Positions 11,990 through 23,037 of a stretch of 64,000 nucleotides of DNA are shown in pieces. The notes under the pieces were generated by a model. It was not told the origin of the DNA. It searched no databases and saw only the letters and a program-made list of their open reading frames with translations. Each line of letters starts with the position of its first letter. Within the stretch, counting starts at the first letter, position 1. The stretch is from an uncultured Nitrososphaeraceae archaeon (GTDB taxonomy: Archaea; Thermoproteota; Nitrososphaeria; Nitrososphaerales; Nitrososphaeraceae). The stretch spans positions 96,001 to 160,000 of the forward strand of contig CAWIMJ010000034.1 of assembly GCA_963837175.1 (NCBI GenBank), written 5' to 3'. Position numbers and translations under genes: made by a program.

Positions 11990-12123
11990 TTTCTAAATTT
12001 TACGCTATTGTTTAATAGTGAGCAGATTTCAGTTATTTTATTAATTTCTTCTGAATCATCTCCATCTGTAAGGGGCTTTTTAATAGTAGAATCTTCTTTG
12101 CTGCCACCGAAGCCAAAAGGCAT
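11990..12123 (-). pseudogene. 5' fragment paralogous to the PH/SHOCT protein at 15772-16446
   Basis: MPFGFGGSKEDS...DGDDSEEINKITEI versus MPFGFGSNKREK...DADDLDEISKITEM. Confidence 0.6.
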
Positions 12124-12400
12124 ATTGAATATAGCTTTAGGAAGGTTTATCTGATATACACCAACTCATATTGTCATAGCAAAAGGAAAAACTAAAAGTT
12201 AAGTCATCTGACCCTTCTATATACAAGGAACATAAACCAACGGATACATACCCATCTTTTCCCTGTTTTACTATCTATCATTGCCTTACTATCGACATTC
12301 TTAGGTAAAGACAATCAAAGCGATTTAGTAATAGCCTGTGATGATGAATGGACCGTTAAGGATCAATAAACCAATAAACCAATCAATCTTCCTTTCCAAC

Positions 12401-12631
12401 CTATTCAAAGAGCTTTGGCAGTAGCTTATAATGATGAAATATAATAGACATAAAAATAGTGTGTATTCTAATATATTTGGCAGAATAAGAGCATGCAGAG
12501 TTATACAAATGGGAAATAGCAAACATATCAACAAATATCTTCCTCTCTGATTTGTCAGAGTTTCTAAATGACTTCCATTCATTTTGTTCTATCCTACTAG
12601 CTATTCTAAATGATGGAATTGTTCTGCCCAT
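12401..12631 (-). CDS. Small helical MGRTIPSFR protein (arCOG07300-like, usually PolB2-associated)
   Basis: MGRTIPSFR...EW..FR...IF..MF...YNSA pattern; recalled family, not searched. Confidence 0.55.
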   Translation of the reverse strand: MGRTIPSFRIASRIEQNEWKSFRNSDKSERKIFVDMFAISHLYNSACSYSAKYIRIHTIFMSIIFHHYKLLPKLFE

Positions 12632-12829
12632 AGAAATATTATTACATTATTAGAGATTAGAGGCTAATAAAATACATGAAACAAAAATAGAGATATTTTC
12701 CCAACATTCTATATAGACCACAATAAGACCAATTAATTTTAATCAAAATCAATCCAGCTAGAAGCAGAAGAACAGTTTGAGCAACTATTGTTTAGTCGTT
12801 TGTTTCCTTATTTCTTATTTTATCTATCT

Positions 12830-13789
12830 TTATCTTTTTAGATATAGATAATTGCTATTTGTATCATATCCAATGTCTGCCATTGTCGATACCTTAAAGC
12901 CATTATCATGTAAATATTTAATTTCTTTTTCAAATAGATCTATAGTGGTAGAATAAGCATCTGCATCACCTTCTCCGCTATTCTCTATTTTATGCCATAT
13001 AACTATAGGAATTGCGTCTATTGTACCACCTGTGTTATACATAGATGCGCTATTGACTACTTCAACGAATCTATTGAACATTTCAGAATCATCATATGAA
13101 TTCTCTTTTCTATCATTGTCGTGACTCCAACCTATAATAGAGTACCTGTTTACAAAATTGAGTTTACCATCATCGGAATACGTTCTACAATCAGTTTGAC
13201 TCGATTCATCTTTAAAGCCATCACAATGTAAGTACATTAGTGGCTCAGTCCCAGTTCTAGCTATATCATAATATTTAGCAACTACATCGATTACTGACGC
13301 CTCATCAGATCCTCCATTAAAAGGATATGCAAAGCTTGTAGTATTAATGCCGTGATCAAGAAGACATTGTTTTGACTGACCAACTTCAAAGTTTACCATC
13401 TTTTCTGACAGTTGAGAAAGATCTTTATGATCCATGCTATGAGATCCTATATCATATCCTTCTTTGTATAGTGCCATTATATCTTCCCAAGTAAGATATC
13501 CATTATCTCCTACATCATTGCAGATTATATCGAAAGTAGCTTTATATCCGTACTTGTCTAGAATTGGCTTAGCATTAGTATATTGGCTCTTGGGCCCATC
13601 ATCAAAGGTTAAAATTACTGCTTTATTATTGGCATTATTAATATTACTACTGCGAACGGAAGGAAAAGACTGGCTATAGATTTTATTTGGCATTGAAATA
13701 GCAGCACTGGTTAGAAGTGTTATTAAAGCGATAGAAATAATAAATTTACATCTAAAGTTGCTTGTATTTTTTAGCACTACTATCAACAA
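12830..13789 (-). CDS. Secreted polysaccharide deacetylase (NodB/CE4)
   Basis: Signal/TM segment; LTFDDG, GSHSMDH, FAYPF motifs. Confidence 0.9.
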   Translation of the reverse strand: MLIVVLKNTSNFRCKFIISIALITLLTSAAISMPNKIYSQSFPSVRSSNINNANNKAVILTFDDGPKSQYTNAKPILDKYGYKATFDIICNDVGDNGYLTWEDIMALYKEGYDIGSHSMDHKDLSQLSEKMVNFEVGQSKQCLLDHGINTTSFAYPFNGGSDEASVIDVVAKYYDIARTGTEPLMYLHCDGFKDESSQTDCRTYSDDGKLNFVNRYSIIGWSHDNDRKENSYDDSEMFNRFVEVVNSASMYNTGGTIDAIPIVIWHKIENSGEGDADAYSTTIDLFEKEIKYLHDNGFKVSTMADIGYDTNSNYLYLKR

Positions 13790-13853
13790 AAATTTGTAGA
13801 AGTATGTATATATAATTTTATTGAATAATTGCTGTATGATAACATGAGTGGTA

Positions 13854-14262
13854 AAATAGAGTCAAATCTGTCCTGCATCCCTCAGAACCTGCTAACTATA
13901 CTGGTCCTTATACAGTAGAGAATAGAGTAATTATTGCTAGTATATTGAAGAAAGGAGTGAATAATTAAAACATGGCAATGAAATTTTCTACAACATTAAG
14001 TCATATTATACTAACTAACAAAAGTTCGTTTACAGATTTTTCTTAATATGTAAGGTTTACTATGCTTAAAAAAGCCATTTTCTTGCTTTTAAAAGATATA
14101 CGAAATTATGTTAGGCAGTATACAACTGTACCTAATCCTATCAATTCTAACATAATTACTGAATTTTATCATTATATGAAGAGTATTGGAACTTCCGAAA
14201 CTATCAGAATCAAAATCTCAAAGCAATCATTGTTTATGCAAAGTTTCTAAGGGCTGAAATAC
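13854..14262 (+). pseudogene. att-like motif plus integrase 5' fragment interrupted by a MITE
   Basis: MAMKFSTTLSHI-[MITE]-TTVPNPINSNIITEFYHYMKSIGTSE, homologous to the stubs at 11030 and 6617. Confidence 0.65.
14009..14120 (+). mobile_element. 112-bp MITE with TA target duplication (IS630/Tc1-type), copy 1
   Basis: Imperfect TIRs of about 21 bp, TACTAACTAACAAAAGTTCGT and ACGAAATTATGTTAGGCAGTA; TA on both sides; empty site seen in the paralog at about 11060. Confidence 0.9.
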
Positions 14263-14336
14263 TGAGATGAGGGAATACCCGTATATACATATATAATAAT
14301 GTATATATCTAAGCCAAGAAATTATAAGAAGCAAAA

Positions 14337-14525
14337 ATGGCAACACCAGCAGGAACGGTACAAATGGAAAGGAAGTCTATCAACTCTCCTGATGAAATAA
14401 GGACATTTGATAAAGGCAAAGTTGAATTAACAACTTTTACTAATGGTACAACGATTGGCAGAATAACGCTTGAACCAGGATGGAGTTGGGAAAAATGTGT
14501 CAAACCAAAATTGTATAATGACTAG
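14337..14525 (+). pseudogene. Cupin-domain protein, C-terminally truncated
   Basis: SPDEIRTFDKGKVEL...IGRITLEPGWSWEKCVKP, then loses the C...H motif. Confidence 0.7.
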
Positions 14526-14577
14526 AATATAATTAAGTCATCAAACTCATAAATAATTTGATATATAAAATTCTCTA

Positions 14578-15150
14578 ATGAGTTCAACTAATGATGCAAA
14601 CGTCAGAAATTCATCGCCATCGTCACATGTAAACATAAGAGAAGATTATTCAACAGAACCAAGTAATAATTATTCTATCTCTAAATCAAATATTCCTTCT
14701 TATACTAAGATTTTAGTACCGCATGATGGAAAAGAAATGTCAGATAAAGCACTTAGTCATGCAATCTATATATCAAATCTTTCTGGAGCAGAAATTGTCA
14801 TTTTGCGTATAATAGAAGATATTGACAAGTTAGGAGATACTTCTGTTAATATATCGCAAAATAAAGCAATAGACAATCAAAAGGGTTTTGAACACAATAT
14901 TCAAGGGGAATTAGTAAACACTATGGAACAAAAAATAAAAAAATGCGTAGAAGCCGGTAACAAGAATAAGATATCCTACGAAATCAAGGCAGGACGTGTG
15001 GTGGATGAGATAGTAAAGGCATGCGAAGAAAATAACTATGATTTAATAGTTATGACAACTTCACATCTTGATTCCTGGGTAAGATCTTTATTTAGTGAAA
15101 CTAGAAAAATATTAAGCAACCTAAATACACCTGTGCTTATAATACAATAA
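14578..15150 (+). CDS. Universal stress protein (UspA family)
   Basis: KILVPHDGKEMSDKALSHA...YDLIVM...PVLII. Confidence 0.9.
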   Translation: MSSTNDANVRNSSPSSHVNIREDYSTEPSNNYSISKSNIPSYTKILVPHDGKEMSDKALSHAIYISNLSGAEIVILRIIEDIDKLGDTSVNISQNKAIDNQKGFEHNIQGELVNTMEQKIKKCVEAGNKNKISYEIKAGRVVDEIVKACEENNYDLIVMTTSHLDSWVRSLFSETRKILSNLNTPVLIIQ

Positions 15151-15224
15151 TTAAAAATTGTATATAATCATAAAAAGATAATAATATTTAGTAGACATCA
15201 TTAGAAGAAGAAATAAAGGCAATA

Positions 15225-15455
15225 GTATAAAAAAAAGGAGTCATATTAGCATTTGAAGATGAAACTACAATAACACAAAAGCCATTATCATAAAATCCAT
15301 GAGCTTTGAAGGAGAACAACATAAGATAAAACACAATGGTAGCAGGAAGAAGTTCTCTGCATACATATCTATGCTATGGCCAGATCAGAAGTTAATGTAT
15401 GACTTCTACGACGTTATGAACTCTAATAACACCATAGATCATCTGGAGAATCAAC
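15225..15455 (+). pseudogene. IS630-family transposase fragment
   Basis: KKGVILAFEDETTITQKP, frameshift, MSFEGEQHKIKHNGSRKKFSAY...YDVMNSNNTIDHLE (first D of DDE, DDE_3-like). Confidence 0.55.
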
Positions 15456-15771
15456 ATGCTAATTCGTGCTATATCATCTAGACGCAGATCTTTTATGTCA
15501 TTATCTAAATCTATTAACATTTTATCTGCAACTAAAGGATTGTGTTCTCTGACTAAACGTCCATTATTTTCATTCACTAACTTTGCTCTTTTTTCAACAT
15601 CCATTAGTGATGAAGGCAATTGTTGTTGAAATAATCCTGCTGCCAATGAATAAGCAGTAAGCATATTAGAATCTGACATATCGTACTCTTAACCGCAGGA
15701 GATTATGACACTTTTCTTTTGCATTTCTCTAATACGCAGATGGCTTAAAGGTTGAGAACTATGAGTAAATA

Positions 15772-16446
15772 TCATCTATTCTTCCTAATTAGATCTTGTT
15801 TCATTTGTTTGAATTCTTCTTCTGTTAGTATTCCTTCTTCTTTTAGCTTTGCAAGTTTTCTTATTTCGTCGGCAATTGATACTGATTGATTGGGAGGTAC
15901 AGTATACTCTTTGGATTCAAGTAATTCAGAGGAGGGTTTTTGTTTTTTTGAGGGTGCTGATTTAGCGCCGCTATCTTCATGCATTCCTGAACGAATTATT
16001 TCTAACAAATCTTCTGCCTTATCCTTTGGAATAGCTTCAATTACTCCACCTTGATCATCTTCACCATCAACTATACTGTCCATCATTCCCAGTCTGGTTG
16101 AGCTCATTAATGCTGGAGCTTTGAATCTAATTGTAGAGGATAATAATCCTTTTTCTAGTTTTATACTTGTAATTATATCATATGGAATATCTATTACATT
16201 TTCTTTTATTCCAAGCATATATGGATCTCTAATAATGATTCTTCTATCTGTTGCATAGATGATATTTGGTGTGAAATGAGAACCACCTGGTTTGATCCTT
16301 GACTGTCTAGCTACAAGTAATACTCTTTCATCTGGATTTAACATTTCAGTTATTTTACTAATTTCATCCAAGTCGTCGGCATCAATTAGATGTGTATTAA
16401 AAAGCGGTTCTTTCTCTCTTTTATTGCTGCCAAAGCCAAAAGGCAT
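15772..16446 (-). CDS. Bacterial-PH domain protein with C-terminal SHOCT domain
   Basis: IYATDRRIII...DIPYDIITSI; SIADEIRKLAKLKEEGILTEEEFKQMKQDL. Confidence 0.9.
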   Translation of the reverse strand: MPFGFGSNKREKEPLFNTHLIDADDLDEISKITEMLNPDERVLLVARQSRIKPGGSHFTPNIIYATDRRIIIRDPYMLGIKENVIDIPYDIITSIKLEKGLLSSTIRFKAPALMSSTRLGMMDSIVDGEDDQGGVIEAIPKDKAEDLLEIIRSGMHEDSGAKSAPSKKQKPSSELLESKEYTVPPNQSVSIADEIRKLAKLKEEGILTEEEFKQMKQDLIRKNR

Positions 16447-16505
16447 TTAGAATTAGTTTCACAAAGCATATTTAAGAAGTATGCTGTATTGGGATAAGAT
16501 AATTA

Positions 16506-18123
16506 ATGTTAAACAGAATTTGTTTACTATTTGTATTAACATTCATTGTCTTGGTTTCACTTGGATATTTTGATACTATTTTTGCTGTGCAAGAAGATTC
16601 AGCCTTATTAAACGTAAATGCTGCGGATGTTGTTGGCATGGAGGTAAGAAATAACAATAACTGGATTTCGATCAATCATGATTTATACGGTACCAGAAGT
16701 AGTAATCAAACAATAATTGGAAAGGATAATGTGGGCACCTTGCAGCTTAAATGGAGACTGCCTAATGATTTTGAAATACAAGATCCACCAATAATCATAG
16801 ACAACAAAGGTTATGTACAAGATTATGTAGGCAATGTTTTTGCTTTTGAGACTAAAACTGGACATATGATATGGAAGATGAGTACAGGTGGTGGACCAAC
16901 AATGGGTTTGGCGTATGATTCTGGAATGATATTTGCAAGCACAGCAACTAATGCTACTATTGTATCGCTTAATGCTACAGACGGTAGGATAATATGGCGA
17001 TCAGAAGTCTTAGGTGATCCTAAAGTAGGCTATAGCATTGATGCTGCCTCCCATTGTATGGAAAGGTTATGTAATAGCAGGTTCAGGAGGCAGCGGTCTT
17101 CCTCCAGGTCCAGGATTAGTAAAAGGGAATATTACAGCACTCAATAGTACTAATGGTAAAATAATATGGAATTTGCAAACTACAACAGGAGAGTGGGTTG
17201 AACCAGGAAAGACTCCTCCAAATGGTGGAGCAACAGCTTGGTCTGGTGGTTCACTGGATTCAGACACTGGAATTATATACATACCACTTGGAAGTGCATC
17301 ACCAAACTTTAATGCAACTACAAGACAAACACCAAATTTATACTCAAATCATATGATAGCAGTAAACATCACTAATGGAAAAATTGTATGGGCTACTCCA
17401 TTTATAGCACATGGTACTGTTTTAGATGTTCAAGTTCCAGATACTCATGATTGGGATACTTCGTGGGGAAGTAGCATTACTAAAGTTACATTAGATAATG
17501 GTACACAAAAGAAAATAGTCATAGGTCATGACAAGATGGGAAATCTAATCGCAATGGATGCATTGACAGGAGAAGAGATTTGGTGGAAAACTCTGGGAAA
17601 GCAATATCGGACAGATGTAATTCCTTTGCCCAACGGTAGTGGTATGGTATGGTCCTATGGTGTGTATAATTATCACGCAGTAGATAATGATACTCTTTAC
17701 GTTTCAGCTACAAATAGAGGATTAAACTTTTTCACAGATGGAATAAGTGGTCATAGAGAGGCAGTTTCTAATAGTATTGAGCAAGGATTAGTGAATGGAA
17801 CTATAATGGCATTAGATTTAAGGACAGGGGAAATTAAGTGGCAATACCAGACAGAATTTCCACCAAGGGTCTCACCATTAGTCACTTATGATATAGTCTT
17901 TGCTGGTTATATTCCATTTGCAAAAAAATTAAAATCAGGAGTCATTTTGGCATTGGATAAAGAAACAGGAACAAAACTATGGGAATTTGATGTAAATGCA
18001 GAAATAGCACCAGTTGGGCCGTCGATAGGAGATGGAATGCTTTTTGTACCAACTGGTAAAATTCAGGGTTTGCCCAAGAAAGAAGCTATACAAGGGTCTA
18101 TAGTTGCATTTGGACTCTCTTGA
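16506..18123 (+). CDS. Secreted PQQ-binding beta-propeller protein, one frameshift near 17045
   Basis: Repeated A.D..TG...W blades; GGATAWSG, HDWDTS; two overlapping ORFs join with a single extra base. Confidence 0.85.
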
Positions 18124-18714
18124 GAAATTTTGTCCGCATATATTCAAACAGCTTTAGTATAATTTCTCAATAGCAGATATGGAAACTGGTGCTGATGATG
18201 GCTTACTCTATGTATTAACCTCTGATCCGGAAACATATGGACAAACATACTTCTTTAAGGTCTTTTATCTCCTTCATATAGATCAAATGTTTCTGACTTG
18301 TATACTACTGTTACTTTTACCTCCTCTCCTCAATATCCTTTAACACCTGCAACTGTAACAAGTACTTGAATTGTCCTTCTGCCGCAGTGTCGCTATAGTC
18401 AATTGTAGCTGATGCTATACTACCTATTAATGCTAATGCCATTGATGATACTGCTAAGAGGAACGCTATAACAATGGTTATTTTTCTGTTAATATTAAAG
18501 TTATTCTAAGGATAAGATGCCACTGACATTTATGATTGTCATATTAAAGCATTCATTTCATTCTTTTCAATGCAAATCTAGGTGTGATCAAATGAGAGTG
18601 TTTTACGAAGGTTTCTGTTTAGAAGGTATCAGATGAGATCAGATAGTGAACATGGTATCAACAAAATGTAAGTCTTATAAACATGAACCATTTAAGATGT
18701 AGGAAAAAATAACA

Positions 18715-18835
18715 TTGACCATCAGTGAAGAAAGAAAAAAGCGTGTTATCGACCTTTACTATAATCAGGGAAAGACTACACGTGAAATAGCAAAGATAGA
18801 AAGGATGTCAATTTGCGACATCCTGCTATCCTAAA
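18715..18835 (+). pseudogene. HTH protein fragment
   Basis: SEERKKRVIDLYYNQGKTTREIAKIERMS. Confidence 0.5.
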
Positions 18836-19046
18836 TGAAGAAGGTGATCCACAAGAAGATATATCAGAGGGAGTGAAGATGACTGATAAAATCTGTATAA
18901 CTAGAATTGACATAAAGGGGGATTAAGATTACTCCTAACTTCTATCTTTATCACTAATTAAAAATGATGCTTATCAAAATCGTTCTATTTATAAATCAAT
19001 TTTTTAAATATCTTAAACTGCTATTAAGAACTAGTATTAATAGGAT

Positions 19047-19391
19047 ATGAAGCAAATACAAATTATTATACCTGATAGAGGATTTATCTATGTAAATAAT
19101 ATACTCAAAGAAGCAAAGGTTGGTGGTCTAAGTCATTATAAAATAGAAGGAAGAGGTGGAGGAACACATGCAAAAGAAGTTGCTGTTGGAAGAGGTACAA
19201 TGAGATATACTCCAGAATTTATTCCAAGAACAAAGGTAGAAGTGGTAGTTAAAGATGAACAGGTTGAAGCAATTATAACTAAAATAGGAGATGAATTATC
19301 TGCTGCTAACATAGACGGAAAGATTTTTGTTATTGACGTGCCAATTGCTGTTGATATTGCGACCAAGAACAGAGGAGAGATAGTTATCTAG
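19047..19391 (+). CDS. glnB: P-II family signal transduction protein
   Basis: MKQIQIII...EGRG T-loop...FIPRTKVEVVV...DGKIFV; RG near the C-terminus. Confidence 0.9.
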   Translation: MKQIQIIIPDRGFIYVNNILKEAKVGGLSHYKIEGRGGGTHAKEVAVGRGTMRYTPEFIPRTKVEVVVKDEQVEAIITKIGDELSAANIDGKIFVIDVPIAVDIATKNRGEIVI

Positions 19392-19621
19392 TAGTGGTAA
19401 TAATCATTCCATTCATCTTTAACTTTTTCTTCTATTTTCTTGTACATTCCAATAGGACCAGTATGAATAAGCATTGGCTGTTCATCGTCAATTAAGAACT
19501 GATTGAATGTAATTCCAAATGTGCTATTATATCCAGAAATTCTGTATATTCCATCATTTATCTCTTCAATTTTAACATCAATATCCTTTGGGCTATAATT
19601 AGTCCGGCTTATATGTGGCAT
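19388..19621 (-). pseudogene. MBL-fold (FprA/ODP-like) protein 5' fragment, duplicate of 35570-35810
   Basis: GITFNQFLIDDEQPMLIHTGP; near-identical DNA. Confidence 0.8.
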
Positions 19622-19854
19622 GTATCGGATTAATGTTTGAAATGGTATTAGATAAAGATAAGTTTATTCTTGTTAATAATGTTTATACAGAGCACTGCAA
19701 TTAGACATATCAAATTCACTACAATGATTATATCAAGAAGGGCATGATCAGTGTTAAGTTAAGACAGCCGAAAGAATTAACATTAGCTTTACTGTTTACC
19801 ATCACTTCCTACTTAAAAATAAAATATTACAAAAGAAAGAAAAAAAAATATTAT

Positions 19855-20367
19855 TTATTGTATTTTTGTTGCATGTAAATATAATAAGGTAGATTGTCCA
19901 AAATACAAAGTGCCATTGGTAACCTGGTATTTATAAATAGGACTAAACAAGGCGTTTCCTCCTATGCCTATCGTGCCAGCATTAATCTGTTCAGTTCTAT
20001 TTCCTTCCTCATGCATCTCATTAACTTTTAAATCCATTCTAACATCATAAGTAGTAGATTCAGAAGTTCCATTTACATTTAACTTACCATCAACTGTATA
20101 TTCTCCGCTAATAAGATCAGGAGAAAGTTGTCCATCATCAAAAGTATAAGTACATGTATTTGAAGGACATATGCGATTATCATTTGTAGTAAAATTAAAT
20201 GTAACCATGTCATAAACTACATCATCATACAGAAATTCATTTTTTTGGCGCATAAAGTCTGCTTTCATGTCTAATTCTTGTCCAAAAGCCATATGAATAG
20301 AATAATTGAAGATAACAGGCATAGTAGAAATTAATGATACAGCTAACAACATCGCATAACTTGACAT
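19855..20367 (-). CDS. Secreted hypothetical protein
   Basis: N-terminal signal; ICPSNTC motif. Confidence 0.65.
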   Translation of the reverse strand: MSSYAMLLAVSLISTMPVIFNYSIHMAFGQELDMKADFMRQKNEFLYDDVVYDMVTFNFTTNDNRICPSNTCTYTFDDGQLSPDLISGEYTVDGKLNVNGTSESTTYDVRMDLKVNEMHEEGNRTEQINAGTIGIGGNALFSPIYKYQVTNGTLYFGQSTLLYLHATKIQ

Positions 20368-20702
20368 GTTATAATTAAAAGATAATTAATATAAATACCT
20401 ACTATCTACTGTCATCGTTCTCTATTTAATCTATGAATATAAGCTGAGCGATCAAATTGAATCAATTCTGTCCGGCATTGCACCCTTAAATGATAAATAT
20501 CTGCAATTAGTATATCTCAATTTAAAGCGGGAATATATAACTTACTCTATATAGTAAATGTTAAAGATATCGAAAATGTTACACCAGCTCATATCGATGC
20601 CGGTAAAGTGAGAAATAACCTGTAGAGATTGTATACAACAGCTCGCTTCAAACAGGATAATCTGTATTTAATAGACTATTATTATTGGTCATATCTATAG
20701 TG

Positions 20703-20880
20703 CTAATTCGTTTAGTCCACGAGGTATACGTGTTCATATAATTGCAATCAATAATACACAATCATCATTTTGGAGGAATATCAAACAAATGCCAGTTAGA
20801 TTATGAACTACTACAACAGTTAGTAAAATTTCTTCATTGCCTAACTCTACTAATGCAACTTTAATGACCGAATTTTACCG
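20703..20880 (+). pseudogene. att-like motif plus integrase 5' stub
   Basis: CTAATTCGTTTAGTCCAC (also at about 51148); ATGCCAGTTAGA... homologous to 6617. Confidence 0.65.
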
Positions 20881-21001
20881 TGTAATAAAAGATTCAGTAG
20901 CTTAATAGTATAGAATTAAATTGAATACTTGCATTACTTCATTTTTTTATCATTTTTATCATTTTTATTGACAGTGAATTTATTTATTAGGAAAGAGTCA
21001 T

Positions 21002-21463
21002 ATGGACATGACAAAAACCACAAAAAGGCTATCGTCTATGTCTAAAAGAAGAAGAACACTAGTAACTCGTGATGATATCAATATGTTATTAAAATTGGCT
21101 GAACTTTACAATACCAATTATGATTTTGAAGCTACAGAATGGTTTTGGAAAGAGTTTAAAGAAACAACAACCTTTGAAGAATTTAGAAACAAGTATTCGC
21201 AAGGAAGTAAAGGAGCTCAATTATTTGAAAGGTTTACTTCAAAATTTGAATTAGCAGGAATATTGATAGAATATGGTTTTCTTGATGAAAATCTATATTT
21301 TGATAGATATGGTGCGGTACAAACAGAATGGGAAAACACAAAGTTGGTCATTTATGACATAAGAAAAGAGTGGAATGATCCCAGGTTTAGAGAGTACTTT
21401 GAATTACTTGCAATTAGAGGAAGCAAATGGTTAGAAAGTCATCCTCCTAAAATTAAAGTATAA
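21002..21463 (+). CDS. DUF4760-like helical protein
   Basis: FELAGILIEYGFLDENLYFD...FREYFELLA pattern. Confidence 0.6.
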   Translation: MDMTKTTKRLSSMSKRRRTLVTRDDINMLLKLAELYNTNYDFEATEWFWKEFKETTTFEEFRNKYSQGSKGAQLFERFTSKFELAGILIEYGFLDENLYFDRYGAVQTEWENTKLVIYDIRKEWNDPRFREYFELLAIRGSKWLESHPPKIKV

Positions 21464-21975
21464 TGATGAGATGGAGATGTATAGGGTGTTTCATAAAAAA
21501 GCCTATTGCAATAGATTATTTGATAAAGAGAATAATGGCAGAGTTAGAGAGAGTAGTAGTAGTAGTAGTAGTAGTAGCAATAGCAATAATAATGGTTTGG
21601 AGAGGAATGGAATGCGCACCTTTTCTCATAAGGAAGTGATCTGGTTAAAGAGAACATATCCTGTATTAGATATTAGAAAGGCTAAAGCTTGGCTACAACA
21701 TTCACATATAGGAAAGGTCAATATTATTGTCGTTGATATGTCCTCGCTCTATGATTTCTGTGTGTCTTCCTTATTCTTCTTTGAGTAGTAAAGTTCATTC
21801 AATACATCACGTAAGATTTCTTTTATATTTCTAATGCTGTCACTTCTTCTTCCATCCTATATCATCATTGCCGCAGTCATCGTAATCTACATTTCCAACA
21901 CGATCGAATAAAATTGGTGCCTACAAAGTATAAGAGCCAGAACTGAATAAGATCCAATGTCTTAGAGTAATTCAC

Positions 21976-22764
21976 TTAAGAGACTACCTTAATATTCCAC
22001 TTAGCAACATCATTTTCGACAGGTTGGTTAGCTTGAAGCGGTTTTCGTATTACATGCAGTTCTATCGTATGATCTCCAACCGGCAATGGTTTGAAGAACA
22101 GATAATAATTTTCAGCCATTGATGTATTATTTCCACCAACAATAGGCGCTTTCCACTCATAAGGATTATCTGGAGGTACAATAAAATTGAATGGTTTAGA
22201 AGTAGTTTGACGGACAATATTAGATGAAACATCCTGGCCGTCAACCTTGACTTGCATCAATTTAATCCCTTCGTTTGCATCTTGTGCGCAATTTAAAAGA
22301 CCAGCAGGGGACTTTGTATCCGGATACTCGCCTTCATGAGGTTTTGATCCTGTAGAACATTCACCTGGATATACAGTCAAGTAGAGTAGTTGACTAGATG
22401 ATATTTCACATTTTTGGTTTCTTGCATTCACGTTTTGTGCTACCGCAAAGGAGGGATTTCCCAAAAAGACTACGGATTGGTTATTACCTATGACTCCACC
22501 ATCTCCTTTAATACATTGAGGCCAATTTTCATCAACAGTAATAGGGATGGTAACCTCCCAATTCCACCACTTTGCTATTAGAGGTTCAAGCGATTTAACT
22601 CCAGCTGGCGGAGAATTAGGAGAATAAAAATCAATACCAGATGGAATAGCATACAAGTTTGAAGGACTACTACTAGTAATAATAAGGATGGTTGTCATTA
22701 ATAGAGTTAATAATATTATCTTCCGAATGTCTAATCTTATGCTATGAAGAGATAATGAATGCAT
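21976..22764 (-). CDS. Secreted Cys-containing hypothetical protein (KWWNW family)
   Basis: Signal peptide; WW.W...C...VFLG...R.CEI...GECS...YLFFKPLPVGDHTI. Confidence 0.75.
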   Translation of the reverse strand: MHSLSLHSIRLDIRKIILLTLLMTTILIITSSSPSNLYAIPSGIDFYSPNSPPAGVKSLEPLIAKWWNWEVTIPITVDENWPQCIKGDGGVIGNNQSVVFLGNPSFAVAQNVNARNQKCEISSSQLLYLTVYPGECSTGSKPHEGEYPDTKSPAGLLNCAQDANEGIKLMQVKVDGQDVSSNIVRQTTSKPFNFIVPPDNPYEWKAPIVGGNNTSMAENYYLFFKPLPVGDHTIELHVIRKPLQANQPVENDVAKWNIKVVS

Positions 22765-23037
22765 CAGTTTAACACTATTGATGTTTGGAAACTAATTGAT
22801 AAGCTTTTTGTAACTAACTCTAGGACTAAATAATATGAGATATATTTGTTAATTTATTGCGGTAATTTGCCAGCATTGAAGGTTGGAGATAATTTCATTC
22901 TTAGCAGATTGATTGTAGTCACAATCATATAAGACCTGATTGAACAGAATTTTCATATGTTCCAGCTATTGAAAATATTAACTCATAGGTTGGCGTTTTA
23001 TTCGTAATGTTACTTAGAATATTTACCAAATTCAGCA

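Noticed and set aside
527-13895. Repeats read as a CRISPR array
   Set aside because: Copies are 0.25-7 kb apart and degenerate, with no regular spacers and no cas genes.
21471-21788. 105-aa ORF with a poly-Ser/Asn tract
   Set aside because: Driven by an (AGT)n microsatellite; no recognisable domain.
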